Assembly (NCBI GenBank): GCA_963662285.2
Contig: CAXXMV010000001.1
Location: 1,056,001-1,120,000, forward strand
Origin: a bacterium
GTDB lineage: Bacteria > Hinthialibacterota > Hinthialibacteria > Hinthialibacterales > Hinthialibacteraceae
Length of the DNA stretch: 64,000 nt
Reading direction: 5' to 3'
This document shows, piece by piece, positions 61,664-64,000 of the stretch (position 1 is its first letter; each line of letters begins with the position of its first letter). The position numbers and the translations under genes are program-made. The notes below the pieces were generated by a model, which saw only the letters and a list, made by a program, of their open reading frames with translations, ran no database searches and was not told the DNA's origin.

Positions 61664-63217
61664 TTACTGCCATGCATAACGCATTTTGTTTTGATTGAAA
61701 CGCGCTATGAGGATAAATATTACGTATTGCAATGCTAATCCAACTACAAATGGCATAATCGTAGATATATTCAATGGTTGAAATGAAACAGAAAGCAATG
61801 CATAAATCGGGGATAAACTAGAAATATAGGGGATCAAAACATTACTTGATCCACGCGCCATGAGATGCAAGATGTATGGGGCGCCCAGCCACGCGAAGAG
61901 GCTGGAGAATACCCATAATTGCCCCTCCAACTCATCACTGGAAGAAAATCCAAGCAACAACCCCAACCGCGCAGCAAGGTTCAAAACCATCCATGCCTGT
62001 ACGATAAAGCACAGCGTAACCACCAGGACAGATAAGGGCTGAAAGAAATCTACCACTACCATCCATAACACAAAGAATATCACCAGACATTTCATGGTTA
62101 TCATGGGAAGCATGGCGGCTACGTTTTCTTTGGTATCGGTAATCTCAGTAAGAGGGATAAGCGTGATGCGCATTGAATCCAACCTTAGGCTGGATCGTTC
62201 GTTGAGCATCTCGCGCATAGCGTTTGTCGCTGCATAAATGGCGCAGCAGGCCAGTATAATGACAAACGGGACGCCTAAGACGCTATAAATACCCGGTTCA
62301 TATTTCATGAAAGCGATCAATACAATCGGAGATAACAAGAATAGAGCGACAATCATGATGTCGCGCACATTTTGCCGGTGGATGAACGGTCCGCCAATGG
62401 TTTGTTGACGCACCTGTTCCAAAGTCATATATTTTGAGACGCCTTCTTCATTAGAGAAAATAGTCCCCTCATGACGCCGCAGAAAGGCAAACAATCCACT
62501 GATAGTCTTGGCATCAGGATCGCGTTGCTTCTCCAAGTCTTCAATAGCAAATGGCGTCAACCATTTTTTCTTCCATTTTTTTCGATCCCAAAGCATAAAG
62601 GGGAAAAACAAGAATCCGCTATGAATTAGAATAAACCATATTTTTATAACTCCCCACATAACAATGACAAATATGGAAATACAGATAAAACAAACTAACG
62701 CATAACCGATTGCGCCGGGTATGCCCGCTTGATATTGATCTACTTTAGATCCACCCCAGATAGAGAGAATTAACAAAAGCCAAATCACGGGCAGCATAAG
62801 CAGTAATGTGATGAATGAGGGCGCCCATGAGACGCCCGTATCCAGGCGGAACAGGCAACAGAGCATAGAGGGCATGGAAGCAAAACACAGAACCATAGTT
62901 ATCATCAGCGGCGCGATGCTCATACCGATAATCAAACGTTTTGGAGTGATAGGAGTTGCCAGCAAAAATTCAAGCGTTCCTTGGCGCAGCTCATCCTGTG
63001 GAGATATTCCAGCCATGATACAGCCCCACAGAGTAGGCCAGAACATGCCTGATAACGCAATGAAGATCGGCAGCAATCGCGGAGAAACGGTAAATGGTGG
63101 TATCTGAGAATAAAAAATGAGATGGGTAATATACGTAATGATCAATACGAAAAACGAACCGAGCATGACCCGGCGGTTGCGGAATATCCTGGAAGAAGCG
63201 CGTATGAAACCTAGCAT
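61664..63217 (-). CDS. ABC-2-type permease-like membrane protein
   Basis: DELRQGTLEFLLATPI and ERSSLRLDSMRITLI motifs; many TM segments. Confidence 0.75.
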   Translation of the reverse strand: MLGFIRASSRIFRNRRVMLGSFFVLIITYITHLIFYSQIPPFTVSPRLLPIFIALSGMFWPTLWGCIMAGISPQDELRQGTLEFLLATPITPKRLIIGMSIAPLMITMVLCFASMPSMLCCLFRLDTGVSWAPSFITLLLMLPVIWLLLILSIWGGSKVDQYQAGIPGAIGYALVCFICISIFVIVMWGVIKIWFILIHSGFLFFPFMLWDRKKWKKKWLTPFAIEDLEKQRDPDAKTISGLFAFLRRHEGTIFSNEEGVSKYMTLEQVRQQTIGGPFIHRQNVRDIMIVALFLLSPIVLIAFMKYEPGIYSVLGVPFVIILACCAIYAATNAMREMLNERSSLRLDSMRITLIPLTEITDTKENVAAMLPMITMKCLVIFFVLWMVVVDFFQPLSVLVVTLCFIVQAWMVLNLAARLGLLLGFSSSDELEGQLWVFSSLFAWLGAPYILHLMARGSSNVLIPYISSLSPIYALLSVSFQPLNISTIMPFVVGLALQYVIFILIARFNQNKMRYAWQ

Positions 63218-63325
63218 GGCCTAAATATAACAAAAAGAGCAAATAGCGTAAAGGACAACCGTTCAGTAAGCCATTAATAAAAACAGCTGCATAACATTGC
63301 AAAGATAATCAAAACCACACAGTTT

Positions 63326-64000
63326 TTATTTCATAATGATTTGCACCGGGCAATGGTCTGATCCCATAACCTCTGGCAAAATAACTGATTCCTTCAATTT
63401 AGGGCGCAATGCGGGAGATATGCAGAAATAATCAATGCGCCATCCCACATTCTTCTCTCGTGCTTTGCCAAAGTAACTCCACCAGGTGTAATGACCGCCT
63501 TCGCTGGTGAATTCACGGAATGTATCAATGAATCCTTTTTTTACGATCTGGTCGAATCCCTGACGCTCTTCGATGGTGTATCCGGCGTTTCTTTCGTTGC
63601 TTTTAGGGTTGGCCAGATCGATCTCGGTATGCGCTACGTTGAGGTCTCCACAGAAGACAACAGGTTTTTTCTTCTCTAGTTTTTTGAGGTATTTCAAAAA
63701 CGCGGGGTCCCACTCTTTGGAACGGTAATCCAACCGCGCCAGGTCCCTGCCGGAGTTGGGAGTATAAACCGTGACCAGGTAATAATCCTGGTATTCCAGA
63801 GTAATAACGCGGCCTTCGTTGTCGTGTTCAGCCTTGCCGACGCCATAAGATGAACTGAGCGGCTCGACCTTACTGAAGATCGCCGTCCCCGAATACCCCT
63901 TCTTTTCCGCTGGATTCCAAAAAACATGGTATCCATCCATCGGCAAATCCACCTGTTCGGGCAGGGCGCGCATTTCCTGTATGCATAAAATATCAGGATC
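63326..64000 (-). CDS. xth: Exodeoxyribonuclease III (5' end outside window)
   Basis: PDILCIQE, KKGYSGTA, YTPNS, GDLNVAH, YTWWSY, GWRIDYF, GSDHCP. Confidence 0.95.
   Translation of the reverse strand, partial: DPDILCIQEMRALPEQVDLPMDGYHVFWNPAEKKGYSGTAIFSKVEPLSSSYGVGKAEHDNEGRVITLEYQDYYLVTVYTPNSGRDLARLDYRSKEWDPAFLKYLKKLEKKKPVVFCGDLNVAHTEIDLANPKSNERNAGYTIEERQGFDQIVKKGFIDTFREFTSEGGHYTWWSYFGKAREKNVGWRIDYFCISPALRPKLKESVILPEVMGSDHCPVQIIMK

Noticed and set aside
60098-63217. Diversity-generating retroelement TR/VR pair
   Set aside because: No reverse transcriptase; differences are spread across whole genes and are not adenine-specific.

Overview
Bacterial chromosomal window from a diderm (lptE present), with about 48 CDS and no rRNA, tRNA, CRISPR array or transposase recognised. 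Three features suggest, by inference only, a Sumerlaeota/Hinthialibacterota (BRC1/OLB16)-like host: dispersed prepilin-like genes ending in Y-x-x-S-N-G-L-x-S-x-G-D-I, a secreted protein with a V-D-S-W-S-L-Y tail, and a dockerin-like tail. The left third (2.9-20.7 kb) is a carbohydrate/sugar-acid utilisation region: GH95, PhoD, three Gfo/Idh/MocA enzymes, a UroD-like protein, UxuA, an SDR, an AraR-type GntR/LacI regulator with a candidate operator, a DUF6807 protein, an acidic repeat protein, a prepilin and a Tat fucose-isomerase-like protein. The rest mixes housekeeping genes (lysS, tpiA, ispF, lptE-holA, aroC, gpmA, xth, fused speD-speE, MrfA-like helicase with a candidate SOS box) with accessory genes. 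Highlights: a possible PUL-equivalent module built on a WxLY-tailed surface protein plus a variable pilin; a translationally coupled Schlafen/AlbA_2-HATPase + ParA pair (candidate defence system); a CBM-like sensor kinase; a YfhO/GT-C protein with two ILEI-like domains; a REPIN/MITE-like element; three apparent pseudo-enzymes; two adjacent nonsense-interrupted genes; and a tandem permease duplication with a homopolymer frameshift. All family calls come from motif recognition by eye, not database searches.
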